DNA of 64,000 bases from the NCBI GenBank assembly GCA_965208575.1, contig CBDBOV010000005.1:192001-256000 (forward strand), in the 5' to 3' direction. Below the pieces are notes generated by a model. That model was not told the origin of the DNA, made no database searches, and saw only the letters and a program-made list of their open reading frames with translations. This DNA comes from Spirochaetia bacterium. Lineage in GTDB: Bacteria > Spirochaetota > Spirochaetia > SZUA-6 > Bin103. The translations under genes and the position numbers were made by a program. Below, in pieces: positions 38,323-46,534 of the stretch; the first letter of the stretch is position 1; the number at the start of each line of letters is the position of its first letter.

Positions 38323-39341
38323 ACGGCCCTCCCGAGCCGGACGCGGTGCTGCTCAAGGTCAGCGGCCTGCGCAAGCACTTCCCGATTCACAAGGGGCTGT
38401 TCGGGCGCACCCTCGGACAGGTGAAGGCGGTCGACGGCGTCGACTTCACCATCAACAAGGGCGAGACGCTGGGCCTGGTGGGCGAAAGCGGCTGCGGCAA
38501 GTCGACCACCGGACGCTGCCTGCTGCGCGGCCACGACCTGACCGCCGGCGAGATCTGGTTCAATGACCAGGAACTGGGCTGGGTGGACGTGTTCGGCCTC
38601 GACCGCAGCGATCTCAAGGTGTTCCGCCGCCACGCGCAGATGATCATGCAGGATCCGTTCCACTCCCTGAACCCGCGCATGACGCTGCTCGACATCGTCG
38701 GCGAGGGGCTGACCATCGCCGGCGTCAGGGGACAGGAGCGGATCGACCGGGTGGCCGCCACCCTGGAGGTGGTGGGCTTGCGCCGCGAGTACATGAGCCG
38801 CTACCCGCACGCGTTCTCGGGCGGCCAGCGGCAGCGCATCGGCATTGCCCGCGCGCTGGCGCTGAATCCGCAGTTCGTGGTGTGCGACGAGCCGGTGTCG
38901 GCGCTCGACGTGTCGATTCAGGCACAGATCCTCAACCTGCTGCAGGATCTGCAGGACCAGTTCGACCTGACCTACCTGTTCGTGGCCCACCAGCTCAACG
39001 TGGTGCAGCACATCTGCGACCGGGTGGCGGTGATGTACGTGGGCCGGGTGGTGGAGGTGGCCGACACCCAGACCCTGTTCCAGGGCCCGCGCCACCCCTA
39101 CACCGAAGCGCTGCTGTCGGCGGTGCCGCGGCCCGACCCGCGCCACCAGCACGAGGAGATCGTGCTGTCCGGCGAGGTGGCCAACCCGGCCGACCCGCCC
39201 GACGGCTGCTACTTTCATCCGCGCTGCAACTACGTGGTCGAAGAGTGCTCGCAGCGCCCGCCGCAACTGGCCGCCGCAGCCGATGAGCACTTCGTGCGCT
39301 GCCATCGCGCCGCGGAGCTGTCCCTGGCGGGCGTGGGTTGA
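38319..39341 (+). CDS. Dpp/Opp ABC ATPase, DppF family
   Basis: GESGCGKST, FSGGQRQRI, CDEPVSALDVSIQAQILNLL. Confidence 0.95.
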   Translation: MNGPPEPDAVLLKVSGLRKHFPIHKGLFGRTLGQVKAVDGVDFTINKGETLGLVGESGCGKSTTGRCLLRGHDLTAGEIWFNDQELGWVDVFGLDRSDLKVFRRHAQMIMQDPFHSLNPRMTLLDIVGEGLTIAGVRGQERIDRVAATLEVVGLRREYMSRYPHAFSGGQRQRIGIARALALNPQFVVCDEPVSALDVSIQAQILNLLQDLQDQFDLTYLFVAHQLNVVQHICDRVAVMYVGRVVEVADTQTLFQGPRHPYTEALLSAVPRPDPRHQHEEIVLSGEVANPADPPDGCYFHPRCNYVVEECSQRPPQLAAAADEHFVRCHRAAELSLAGVG

Positions 39342-39357
39342 TGGGAGGCGGCCGGTA

Positions 39358-40347
39358 GTGGGGGCATACGTCATTCGCAGGTTGCTGCTGTTCATTCCGA
39401 TGCTGGCGGCGGTCAGCGTGATCTCGTTCATCCTGATCCAGCTTCCGCCGGGCGACTACCTGACCAGCGAGATCATGGCGATGGCGGAGCGCGGCGAGGA
39501 GGTGGACGAGGCGGTGATCGCGGCGCTGAAGCTGCGCTACGGCCTGGACCGCCCGATGGTGGAGCAGTACTTCCGCTGGATCGGCAACATCATCCTGTAT
39601 GGCGACTTCGGGCGTTCGTTCCATTGGGAACAGCCGGTGTCGTCGCTGATCTGGGAGCGGCTGATGTGGACGGTGGTGATCTCGTTCGGCAGCCTGCTGT
39701 TCACCTGGGTGGTGGCGTTCCCGATCGGCATCTACTCGGCCACCAACCAGTACTCGATCGCCGACTACCTGTTCACGTTCTTTGGATTCCTCGGCAAGGC
39801 GACGCCCAACTTCCTCTTGGCGCTGGTGCTGATGTGGATGGGCTACGTCTATTTCGACCTCAACATGGGCGGCCTGTTCTCGGCCGAGTACCAGCGCGCG
39901 CCGTGGAGCCTGGCCAAGGTGGGCGACCTGATCGGGCACCTGTGGGTGCCGCTGGTGGTGCTGGGCACGGCCGGAACCGCCGACCTGATCCGCGTGCTGC
40001 GCGCCAACCTGCTCGACGAACTGGCCAAGCCGTACGTCACCGCGGCGCGCGCCAAGGGACTGACCGAGTTGAAGCTGATCGCCAAGTACCCGGTGCGCAT
40101 CGCCATCAACCCGTTCGTGAGCAGCATCGGCGGGGTGCTGCCGGAGCTGATCTCGGGCGCCGCCATCGTGTCGGTGGTGCTGAGCCTGCCCACCACCGGG
40201 CCGCTGATGCTCGGCGCGCTGCTGACCCAGGACATGTTTCTGGCCGGCAGCTTCCTGATGCTGCTCACCGTCCTGTCGCTGTTCGGCACCCTGCTGTCCG
40301 ATATCCTGCTGGCCGTGCTGGATCCGCGCATCCGGCAGACGGTATAG
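39358..40347 (+). CDS. Dpp/Opp ABC permease, DppB family
   Basis: GGAGG SD, GTG start (xGAYVIRRLL), YVTAARAKGL, DPRIR. Confidence 0.92.
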   Translation: MGAYVIRRLLLFIPMLAAVSVISFILIQLPPGDYLTSEIMAMAERGEEVDEAVIAALKLRYGLDRPMVEQYFRWIGNIILYGDFGRSFHWEQPVSSLIWERLMWTVVISFGSLLFTWVVAFPIGIYSATNQYSIADYLFTFFGFLGKATPNFLLALVLMWMGYVYFDLNMGGLFSAEYQRAPWSLAKVGDLIGHLWVPLVVLGTAGTADLIRVLRANLLDELAKPYVTAARAKGLTELKLIAKYPVRIAINPFVSSIGGVLPELISGAAIVSVVLSLPTTGPLMLGALLTQDMFLAGSFLMLLTVLSLFGTLLSDILLAVLDPRIRQTV

Positions 40348-40367
40348 GCGGGCGAGGAGCGGCGCGC

Positions 40368-41528
40368 ATGGCTTCCCCCGAAGTCGGCCAGGCCGGCCAC
40401 GGCGCTCAGGACGCGCGCGGCGGCGAGCAGGCGCCGGCGCACAGCGCGGAGACCGCCTCGCAGTGGCAGTTGATGCGCTGGCGGTTCGGCCAGCACAAGG
40501 CGGCGGTGGTCAGCCTGGTGGTGCTGGCGATCCTCTACCTGATCGCCATCGTGGTGGAGTTCGTCGCCCCCTACGCCACCGACACCTACAACATCAAGTA
40601 CATCATGGCGCCGCCGATGCGGGTGCGCTTCTTCGATGCCGACGGCGGCTTCCACCTGCGCCCGTTCGTGTACGACTACACCACCTCGCGCGACCCCGAG
40701 AGCCTGCGCATCGTGCAGGTGGTGGACACCGAGGCGATGCACCCGATCCGCTTCTTCGTGCGCGGCGACGACTACCGCTTCTGGGGGCTGTGGCGCGGCA
40801 ACCTGCACCTGTTCGGCATCGACGAACCGGAGGCGCTGATCCTGCTGTGGGGCGGCGACGAACAGGGCCGCGACCTGTTCTCGCGCACGGTCTACGGGGC
40901 GCGGCTGTCGCTGTCGATCGGCTTCGTGGGGGTGATCCTGAGCCTGGTGCTCGGCATCCTGCTCGGCGGCATCTCCGGCTACTTCGGCGGCACCATCGAC
41001 ATGGTGATCCAGCGCATCATCGAGCTGCTGCAGGCGATTCCGCGCATCCCGCTGTGGCTCACCCTGTCGGCCGCGCTGCCGCGCGACTGGGGCACCGTCG
41101 AGGTGTACTTCGGCATCACCATCATCTTGTCGGTGCTCGGCTGGACCGGGCTGGCGCGCACCGTGCGCGGCAAGTTCCTGGCGCTGCGCGAGGAGGACTT
41201 CACCCAAGCCGCCAAGTACCTGGGCGCCAGCGAGATGCGCATCATCATCCGGCACATGGTGCCTTCTTTCAGCAGCCACCTGATCGCCGTGCTTACCCTG
41301 CGCGTGCCGGAGATGATCCTGGCCGAGACCAGCCTCAGCTTCCTGGGCCTGGGGCTGCGCGAACCGGTGATTAGCTGGGGCGTGCTGCTGACCGGGGTGC
41401 AGAACATCCGCGCCGTGGCGCTGGCCCCGTGGCTGTTCCTGCCCGGGCTGGCGATCGTGGTAACCGTGCTGGCCTTCAACTTCGTCGGCGACGGCCTCCG
41501 CGACGCCGCCGACCCGTATTCCCAGTAG
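40368..41528 (+). CDS. Dpp/Opp ABC permease, DppC family
   Basis: GAGGAG SD, SQWQLM..RF..HK, GRDLFSR, GDGLRDAADP. Confidence 0.92.
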   Translation: MASPEVGQAGHGAQDARGGEQAPAHSAETASQWQLMRWRFGQHKAAVVSLVVLAILYLIAIVVEFVAPYATDTYNIKYIMAPPMRVRFFDADGGFHLRPFVYDYTTSRDPESLRIVQVVDTEAMHPIRFFVRGDDYRFWGLWRGNLHLFGIDEPEALILLWGGDEQGRDLFSRTVYGARLSLSIGFVGVILSLVLGILLGGISGYFGGTIDMVIQRIIELLQAIPRIPLWLTLSAALPRDWGTVEVYFGITIILSVLGWTGLARTVRGKFLALREEDFTQAAKYLGASEMRIIIRHMVPSFSSHLIAVLTLRVPEMILAETSLSFLGLGLREPVISWGVLLTGVQNIRAVALAPWLFLPGLAIVVTVLAFNFVGDGLRDAADPYSQ

Positions 41529-41571
41529 CCCGCCTTGTCGTCCAACTGCGTCAGGCATAGTATGGCACTCG

Positions 41572-41808
41572 ATGATGAAGGCCACGGAGACGGTTCTCGC
41601 GGATGCGCTCCGTCTGGATCTGCAGGGACGGTCCGAGCTTGTGTGGGAGCTTCTCGCAAGTCTCGACGGCCCGGCTGACCCGGATGCTGCTCTCGCGTGG
41701 ACCACGGAGATCAAACGGCGGGTCGCAGATCTTGAGTCAGGCTCCGCCGAGCTTGAGTCTTGGGATGACACCAGGCACAGGATCGCGCGCGATGTCCTTG
41801 GCCGGTGA
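41572..41808 (+). CDS. Addiction-module antitoxin (TIGR02574-like)
   Basis: AL.L...R.EL...LLASLD...AW..EI.RR...SG...W; GTGA overlap with toxin; TTGTCG-17-TAGTAT upstream. Confidence 0.82.
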   Translation: MMKATETVLADALRLDLQGRSELVWELLASLDGPADPDAALAWTTEIKRRVADLESGSAELESWDDTRHRIARDVLGR

Positions 41809-42104
41809 ACCGCCGCGTTCGGAACCATCCGGCCGCGAGTGAGGAGTTCTCGGCGGCGGTGTACTGGTACGAGCAGCGCCATTCCGGTCTCGGCGCCAAG
41901 TTCTTCGACCACGTAACGGCCGCGACCTCTCTCATCCAAACCCAGCCGCACATTGGGACATTCGATCCCGAGACCCGTACCCGGCGCGTTCCGGTCCGGC
42001 GATTTCCCTATCAGGTCGTGTACCACGTCTCCGACGAGGAGATCGCTATCGTTGCGGTCGCTCATACGAAGCGTCGACCAGGCTATTGGAAGGACCGAAC
42101 GTAG
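41805..42104 (+). CDS. parE: RelE/ParE family toxin
   Basis: HPAASEE...AVYWYE....GLG..F, RRFPYQVVY, IVAVAHTKRRPGYW. Confidence 0.85.
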   Translation: MNRRVRNHPAASEEFSAAVYWYEQRHSGLGAKFFDHVTAATSLIQTQPHIGTFDPETRTRRVPVRRFPYQVVYHVSDEEIAIVAVAHTKRRPGYWKDRT

Positions 42105-42132
42105 GCGGCACAGTGCAGGACGAGTTGTGCGC

Positions 42133-43185
42133 ATGCCAATAGGGAACGTCCGCTTTGATTTCGACGAGCACTTCGAGAGCCTTATTCACGACTGCGAGGG
42201 CGAATTCCGTTTCCCCGGCGGCACCGAAGCGGACGTGCGGGAGTGGCAGATTCCCTTCCGGGAGAGTCTGAGAAAGGTGCTGGGGCTGGAGAACATGGAG
42301 CGGGATCTGGCAGGGTTCGCGCCCGATGCGGAAATGGCGGACAGCGTCGACATGGGCACCTACGTCCGGGAGTCGTGGCGCGTCCGTACCGAGCCGACGG
42401 TGCCGCTGCCTTGCTACCTGCTGCGGCCCAAGGGCGCGCCGTCCAAGTTGCCGCTGGTGCTGACCCCGCACGGCCACGGCCATCCGCACGTCTACGTCGG
42501 GCTGTTCGACAGTCCTGAGGAGGAGGCGCAGATCAGCGAGGGCGAGCGCGACATCGCCGTGCAGGCGGTGGAGCAGGGCTACCTGGTGATCGCGCCCACC
42601 ACGCGCGCCTTCGGTGAGACCCGCTCGCCGACCGACGAGGAGACGGGCGCCGTCTCCTCCTGCCGGCTGCAGCTCATGCACGACCTGCTGCTCGGGCGCA
42701 CCCCGATCGGCGACCGCGTGTGGGACATGTCACGGCTGATCGACTGGGCCATCGCGCACCAGGGCGTGGACCCGGCGCGCATCGCCATTACCGGCAACTC
42801 CGGGGGCGGCACCGTGTCGCTGTTCGCGGCGGCCTGCGACACGCGCATCTCGGTGGCGGTGCCCGGCTGCTACTTCAACACCTTCGCCGGCAGCATCGGC
42901 TCCATCATCCACTGCGACTGCAACTACGTGCCCGGCATCCTGCGCCTCGGCGAGATGCACGACATCGCCGGCCTGATCGCCCCGCGCCCGTTCCTGGCCG
43001 TCGCCGGCCGCGACGACCCGATCTTCCCCGTCGCCCACACCCAGGCCGCCTTCGAGCAACTGGCACAGATTTACCGGGCAGCCGGCATGCCGGACCGCTG
43101 CGAACTGTACATCGGCAACGGCGGCCACCGTTACTACAAGGAACCCGTCTGGCCCTTCATCGCCGAGGCGTTCGGCTCGATATGA
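42133..43185 (+). CDS. Alpha/beta hydrolase (acetylxylan esterase/dienelactone hydrolase-like), intact copy
   Basis: PHGHG, GNSGGG nucleophile, LIAPRP, DPIF, GGHR. Confidence 0.88.
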   Translation: MPIGNVRFDFDEHFESLIHDCEGEFRFPGGTEADVREWQIPFRESLRKVLGLENMERDLAGFAPDAEMADSVDMGTYVRESWRVRTEPTVPLPCYLLRPKGAPSKLPLVLTPHGHGHPHVYVGLFDSPEEEAQISEGERDIAVQAVEQGYLVIAPTTRAFGETRSPTDEETGAVSSCRLQLMHDLLLGRTPIGDRVWDMSRLIDWAIAHQGVDPARIAITGNSGGGTVSLFAAACDTRISVAVPGCYFNTFAGSIGSIIHCDCNYVPGILRLGEMHDIAGLIAPRPFLAVAGRDDPIFPVAHTQAAFEQLAQIYRAAGMPDRCELYIGNGGHRYYKEPVWPFIAEAFGSI

Positions 43186-43390
43186 ACACGGCCGGGGAGA
43201 CGCCGAACCTCGTGCTGAGCGCGCGCACCTGGCGGACGTTGATCTGCCTCCTCCCACGGAGGATCTCCGTGAATCTCCCGACATGATCGGCAGCGGGGAA
43301 GATCCTCCGAACATCCACAAGCGAGTCGAAATCCGTGTGCTTCACGATTCGGTACCAAGCAGCAGTATCTCAGAATGCGATTGCGGTCCA
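43181..43390 (-). pseudogene. Collapsed higBA TA module (HigB piece fused to HigA C-terminus)
   Basis: AWYRIVKHTDFDSLVDVRRIFPAADHVGRFT joined to EILRGRRQINVRQVRALSTRFGVSPAVFI. Confidence 0.7.
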
Positions 43391-43470
43391 GGCTTGTGTG
43401 CGGAGCGCTGACAACGCCAATCAGCACTGCCACCGGTCAGCGCCCCATCCGACCGATACGCCAGGACCTC

Positions 43471-43650
43471 GCCCCGCGGGGAGAGGGACATTGAGGTGGC
43501 GCCGCGACTGGCGCTCTTACCCGGGCTGTGCCTGACGATTGTCGTGTACTGCCTCAACATGTTCGGCGACGCGGTGCGGGATCTGCTCGACCCACGGCTG
43601 CGGGGAGGTGGTGGTCGCCTGGGTGCGAGCGCCAGGCCAGCCGGCATATG
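43471..43650 (+). pseudogene. Half terminator fused to the 3' end of a dppC-type gene
   Basis: GCCCCGCGGGGAGAGGGAC (as 48383-48401) joined to sequence nearly identical to 50163-50310. Confidence 0.85.
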
Positions 43651-43808
43651 ACAGAGGGCTCAAGGGCGGTGCCGGACGCTATGGTGATCAAGGAGAGCGA
43701 AGCGACTCCGCGCGGCTGAGCAGCACCACCGACCGCCGTGGCCGCCGCGCATTGCCGGGGCGGTGGCGAAACGATAGAGTCGAAGGCGCCCAGGCTGCGG
43801 CCGTGACC

Positions 43809-45560
43809 ATGCTGACTGCCCACCCACGCATTCCCTACGGCGAGTCCGACTTCCAGCGCATCCGCCGCAACCGGTGGCTGTACGTCGACAAGTCCCGCTT
43901 CCTGCGCCGGCTGGAGGAGGAGCGCTACGTCTTCCTGATCCGCCCCAGGCGCTTCGGCAAGTCGCTGTGGGTGTCCCTGCTGGAGAACTACTACGACCGC
44001 TTCTGGGCCGATCGGTTCGAGGCCACCTTCGCCGGCACCGACGTCGGGCAGCACCCGACCGGTGAACAGAGCCGCTACGTGGTGCTGCGGTTCGACTTCT
44101 CGGCGGTCGACGACAGGCTGGAAACCCTGGAGCGGGAGTTCGAGACCTACTGCATGATAGAGCTCCGGGGAACGCTGGAGCGGCATCCCGACCTGTTTCC
44201 CGAAACGGCGCGGAAGCGCATCCTGGCGCCGCCTTCCATCGCCACCAAGCTTGCCGAGCTGTTTCGCTACGCGGGTGACCACGACATCGCGCTGTACGTG
44301 CTCATTGACGAGTACGACAACTTCGCCAACACGGTGCTCGCGCACCACGGCGCCGAGGCGTACCACTCATTCACCCACGGCGGCGGCTTCTACCGCAACT
44401 TCTTCGCCACCCTGAAAGCCGCCACGGCCCGCAGCGGCGGCGGCCTGGAGCGCCTGTTCATCATCGGCGTCTCCCCGATCACCATGGACGACGTGACCAG
44501 CGGCTTCAACATCGGCAAGAACATCAGCCTGCACCCGGACTTCAACGAGATGGTGGGCTTCACCGAGGAGGAGGTGCGGCGCCTGGTGGAGACCTACCGG
44601 GGGCGCGGCGTGTTCAACCAGGATGTCGAAACCGCCATGGGCATCATGGGGCAGTGGTACAACGGCTACCGCTTCGCCGAGGACGCCGACAACGATCTGT
44701 ACAACACCGACATGGTGCTCTACTACCTGGATCAGTCGATCCCGAATCGGCGCGTGCCGAAGTACCTGATCGATACCAACGTGCGCATCGACTACGGCAA
44801 GCTGCGCCACCTGCTGGTGGCCGGTCGGCAGTTGAACGGCAACTTCGACCTGCTGAGGAACGTCATCGGCGACGAGCAGGTGGATACCGACATCCAGCCG
44901 GGCTTTCCGCTGAAGGACCTCACCAGGCCGGAGAACTTCCTGTCGCTGCTGCACTACTTCGGGTTGCTGAGCATCCGCGAAGTGGTCGACGGCGTTCCCC
45001 GGCTGGCGATCCCGAACCAGACCGTAAAGCGGTTGATGTACGGCTTCCTGCGCGACGCCTACCGCGATGTGGAAGTGTTCTCGGTCAACCTGTTCCGATT
45101 CGAGCAGTTGATGATGGCGATGGCCAATCGGGGCGAGTGGCGGCCGGTGCTGGAGTTCCTCAGCGAGGCGATCGCGCGGCAGACGGGCATCCGCGACTAC
45201 ATCGCGGGGGAGAAAGTGATCCAGGGCTTCCTGGCCGCCTACCTGAGCGTGACCGGCTACTACGTGTTCCGTTCCGAGGCGGAGATGGGCAAGGGACATG
45301 CCGACATCGCGCTCGAGCCGCTGGTCGCGCGCTATCCGCACCTGCGGCGCGGCTACCTGATCGAGTTGAAGTATCTGAAGCGCTCCGAGCCGGCGGATCA
45401 GGCCGCGGTGACGGCGGCGGCGGCGGACGCGCGGGCGCAGCTTGCGCGCTACCTGGCCGACCAGCGTCTGGCGCGGCAGTTTCCGGGGGTGCGCTTCACC
45501 GGTCTGATCGTGGTCTTTCACGGCTGGGAGTTGGTGTTCTGCGACGCCGTGCCGGGCTGA
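43809..45560 (+). CDS. AAA-ATPase-like + PD-(D/E)XK nuclease protein
   Basis: IPYGESDF..IR...YVDK, RPRRFGKSL, LIDEYD, WYNGY, E.E.GKG.AD...IELK. Confidence 0.9.
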   Translation: MLTAHPRIPYGESDFQRIRRNRWLYVDKSRFLRRLEEERYVFLIRPRRFGKSLWVSLLENYYDRFWADRFEATFAGTDVGQHPTGEQSRYVVLRFDFSAVDDRLETLEREFETYCMIELRGTLERHPDLFPETARKRILAPPSIATKLAELFRYAGDHDIALYVLIDEYDNFANTVLAHHGAEAYHSFTHGGGFYRNFFATLKAATARSGGGLERLFIIGVSPITMDDVTSGFNIGKNISLHPDFNEMVGFTEEEVRRLVETYRGRGVFNQDVETAMGIMGQWYNGYRFAEDADNDLYNTDMVLYYLDQSIPNRRVPKYLIDTNVRIDYGKLRHLLVAGRQLNGNFDLLRNVIGDEQVDTDIQPGFPLKDLTRPENFLSLLHYFGLLSIREVVDGVPRLAIPNQTVKRLMYGFLRDAYRDVEVFSVNLFRFEQLMMAMANRGEWRPVLEFLSEAIARQTGIRDYIAGEKVIQGFLAAYLSVTGYYVFRSEAEMGKGHADIALEPLVARYPHLRRGYLIELKYLKRSEPADQAAVTAAAADARAQLARYLADQRLARQFPGVRFTGLIVVFHGWELVFCDAVPG

Positions 45561-45575
45561 CAATCGACGGCCGTT

Positions 45576-46151
45576 GTGCGCTTGCCAATAGGGAACGTCC
45601 ACTTTCACTTCGACCAGCACTTCGCGAGTCTCATCCGGGAGTGCGAGGGCGAGTTTCGCTTCCGTGGGGGCGGGACGAAGTACGTACGGCAGTGGCAGAT
45701 ACCCTTCCGGGAGAGTCTGAGACGCGTGCGGACCGTCCTTGATACCAACATCCTCGTGAGCGCCCTGATCTCCGGAGAAGGATCGCCGGGGCAGGTGCCG
45801 GCGGCGGTCAAGAGCCCGGGCATGACGTTGATCACGTCCCGGTTCCAGGTAGACGAATTGCGGAACGTTCTGGCGCGCGATCGGCTGCAGCCGTACACCC
45901 GTCGTGAGGAGGCCGACGGCCTCCTCTACCACCTGGAAGCGGTCGCCGTGGTGGTCGCGGAGTTGCCGGAGGTGAGCCTGTCGGCGGACCCGGACGACAA
46001 TCCGATACTCGCCGCCGCGATCGCGGGTGACGCCGACCTGATCGTGTCCGGTGACCGGGACCACATGCTGGCGATCGGGAGTGCGGACGGCATCCCGATC
46101 ATCACCGCGCGCGAGGCGGCCGACCGGTTCCGAGCAGGCAAGGAAGACTGA
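45576..46151 (+). CDS. PIN-domain toxin (TIGR00305-like, from GTG 45726) fused in frame to a 50-aa hydrolase N-terminal fragment
   Basis: VLDTNILVSAL...DPDDN.IL..A...ADLIVSGD; first ~50 aa match 42127-42272. Confidence 0.8.
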   Translation: MRLPIGNVHFHFDQHFASLIRECEGEFRFRGGGTKYVRQWQIPFRESLRRVRTVLDTNILVSALISGEGSPGQVPAAVKSPGMTLITSRFQVDELRNVLARDRLQPYTRREEADGLLYHLEAVAVVVAELPEVSLSADPDDNPILAAAIAGDADLIVSGDRDHMLAIGSADGIPIITAREAADRFRAGKED

Positions 46152-46202
46152 GCACGAGAGCGCGCCGCTCGTTCAAGGTGACCTGTCGTTTCCGACGCAG
46201 AG

Positions 46203-46232
46203 TTGACTTGAGTTGCGGAGTCGTGATACGGT
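46203..46232 (+). promoter_or_regulatory. Putative promoter (duplicated at 52836-52865)
   Basis: TTGACT-18 nt-TACGGT with extended TG. Confidence 0.5.
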
Positions 46233-46291
46233 CGGAATCGGACGCAGGTCTCGACGCCCGCCGAGCGGTCGCGGGTCACCCGGCGCACAGG

Positions 46292-46355
46292 AGGAACCGG
46301 GTGCCACCCAAGAAGGAACCGGGTGCCACCCAAGAAGGAACGGGATGCCACCCCA
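46292..46355 (+). repeat. 22-bp tandem repeat in the SBP leader
   Basis: AGGAACCGGGTGCCACCCAAGA x2 plus a degenerate third unit; single unit in the paralogous leader. Confidence 0.9.
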
Positions 46356-46534
46356 GACCGGATACGACTGACAGGAACCCGGCAGCCAACGCCGCTCGCG
46401 TGGAGTCACCGCGCCGGCTCGAAGGCGAACGTGCCGCCCTCGCTTTCCGTAACCTGCGACCTGCAGGAATGCCTCGAGAGACGGCGAGGGGTCGGCACTG
46501 AATTACGTGCTCTCGAGGAACAGGAGACACATTC

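Noticed and set aside
46292-46355. Possible mini-CRISPR array (22-bp repeats)
   Set aside because: Units are head-to-tail with no spacers and no cas genes are present; it is a tandem repeat
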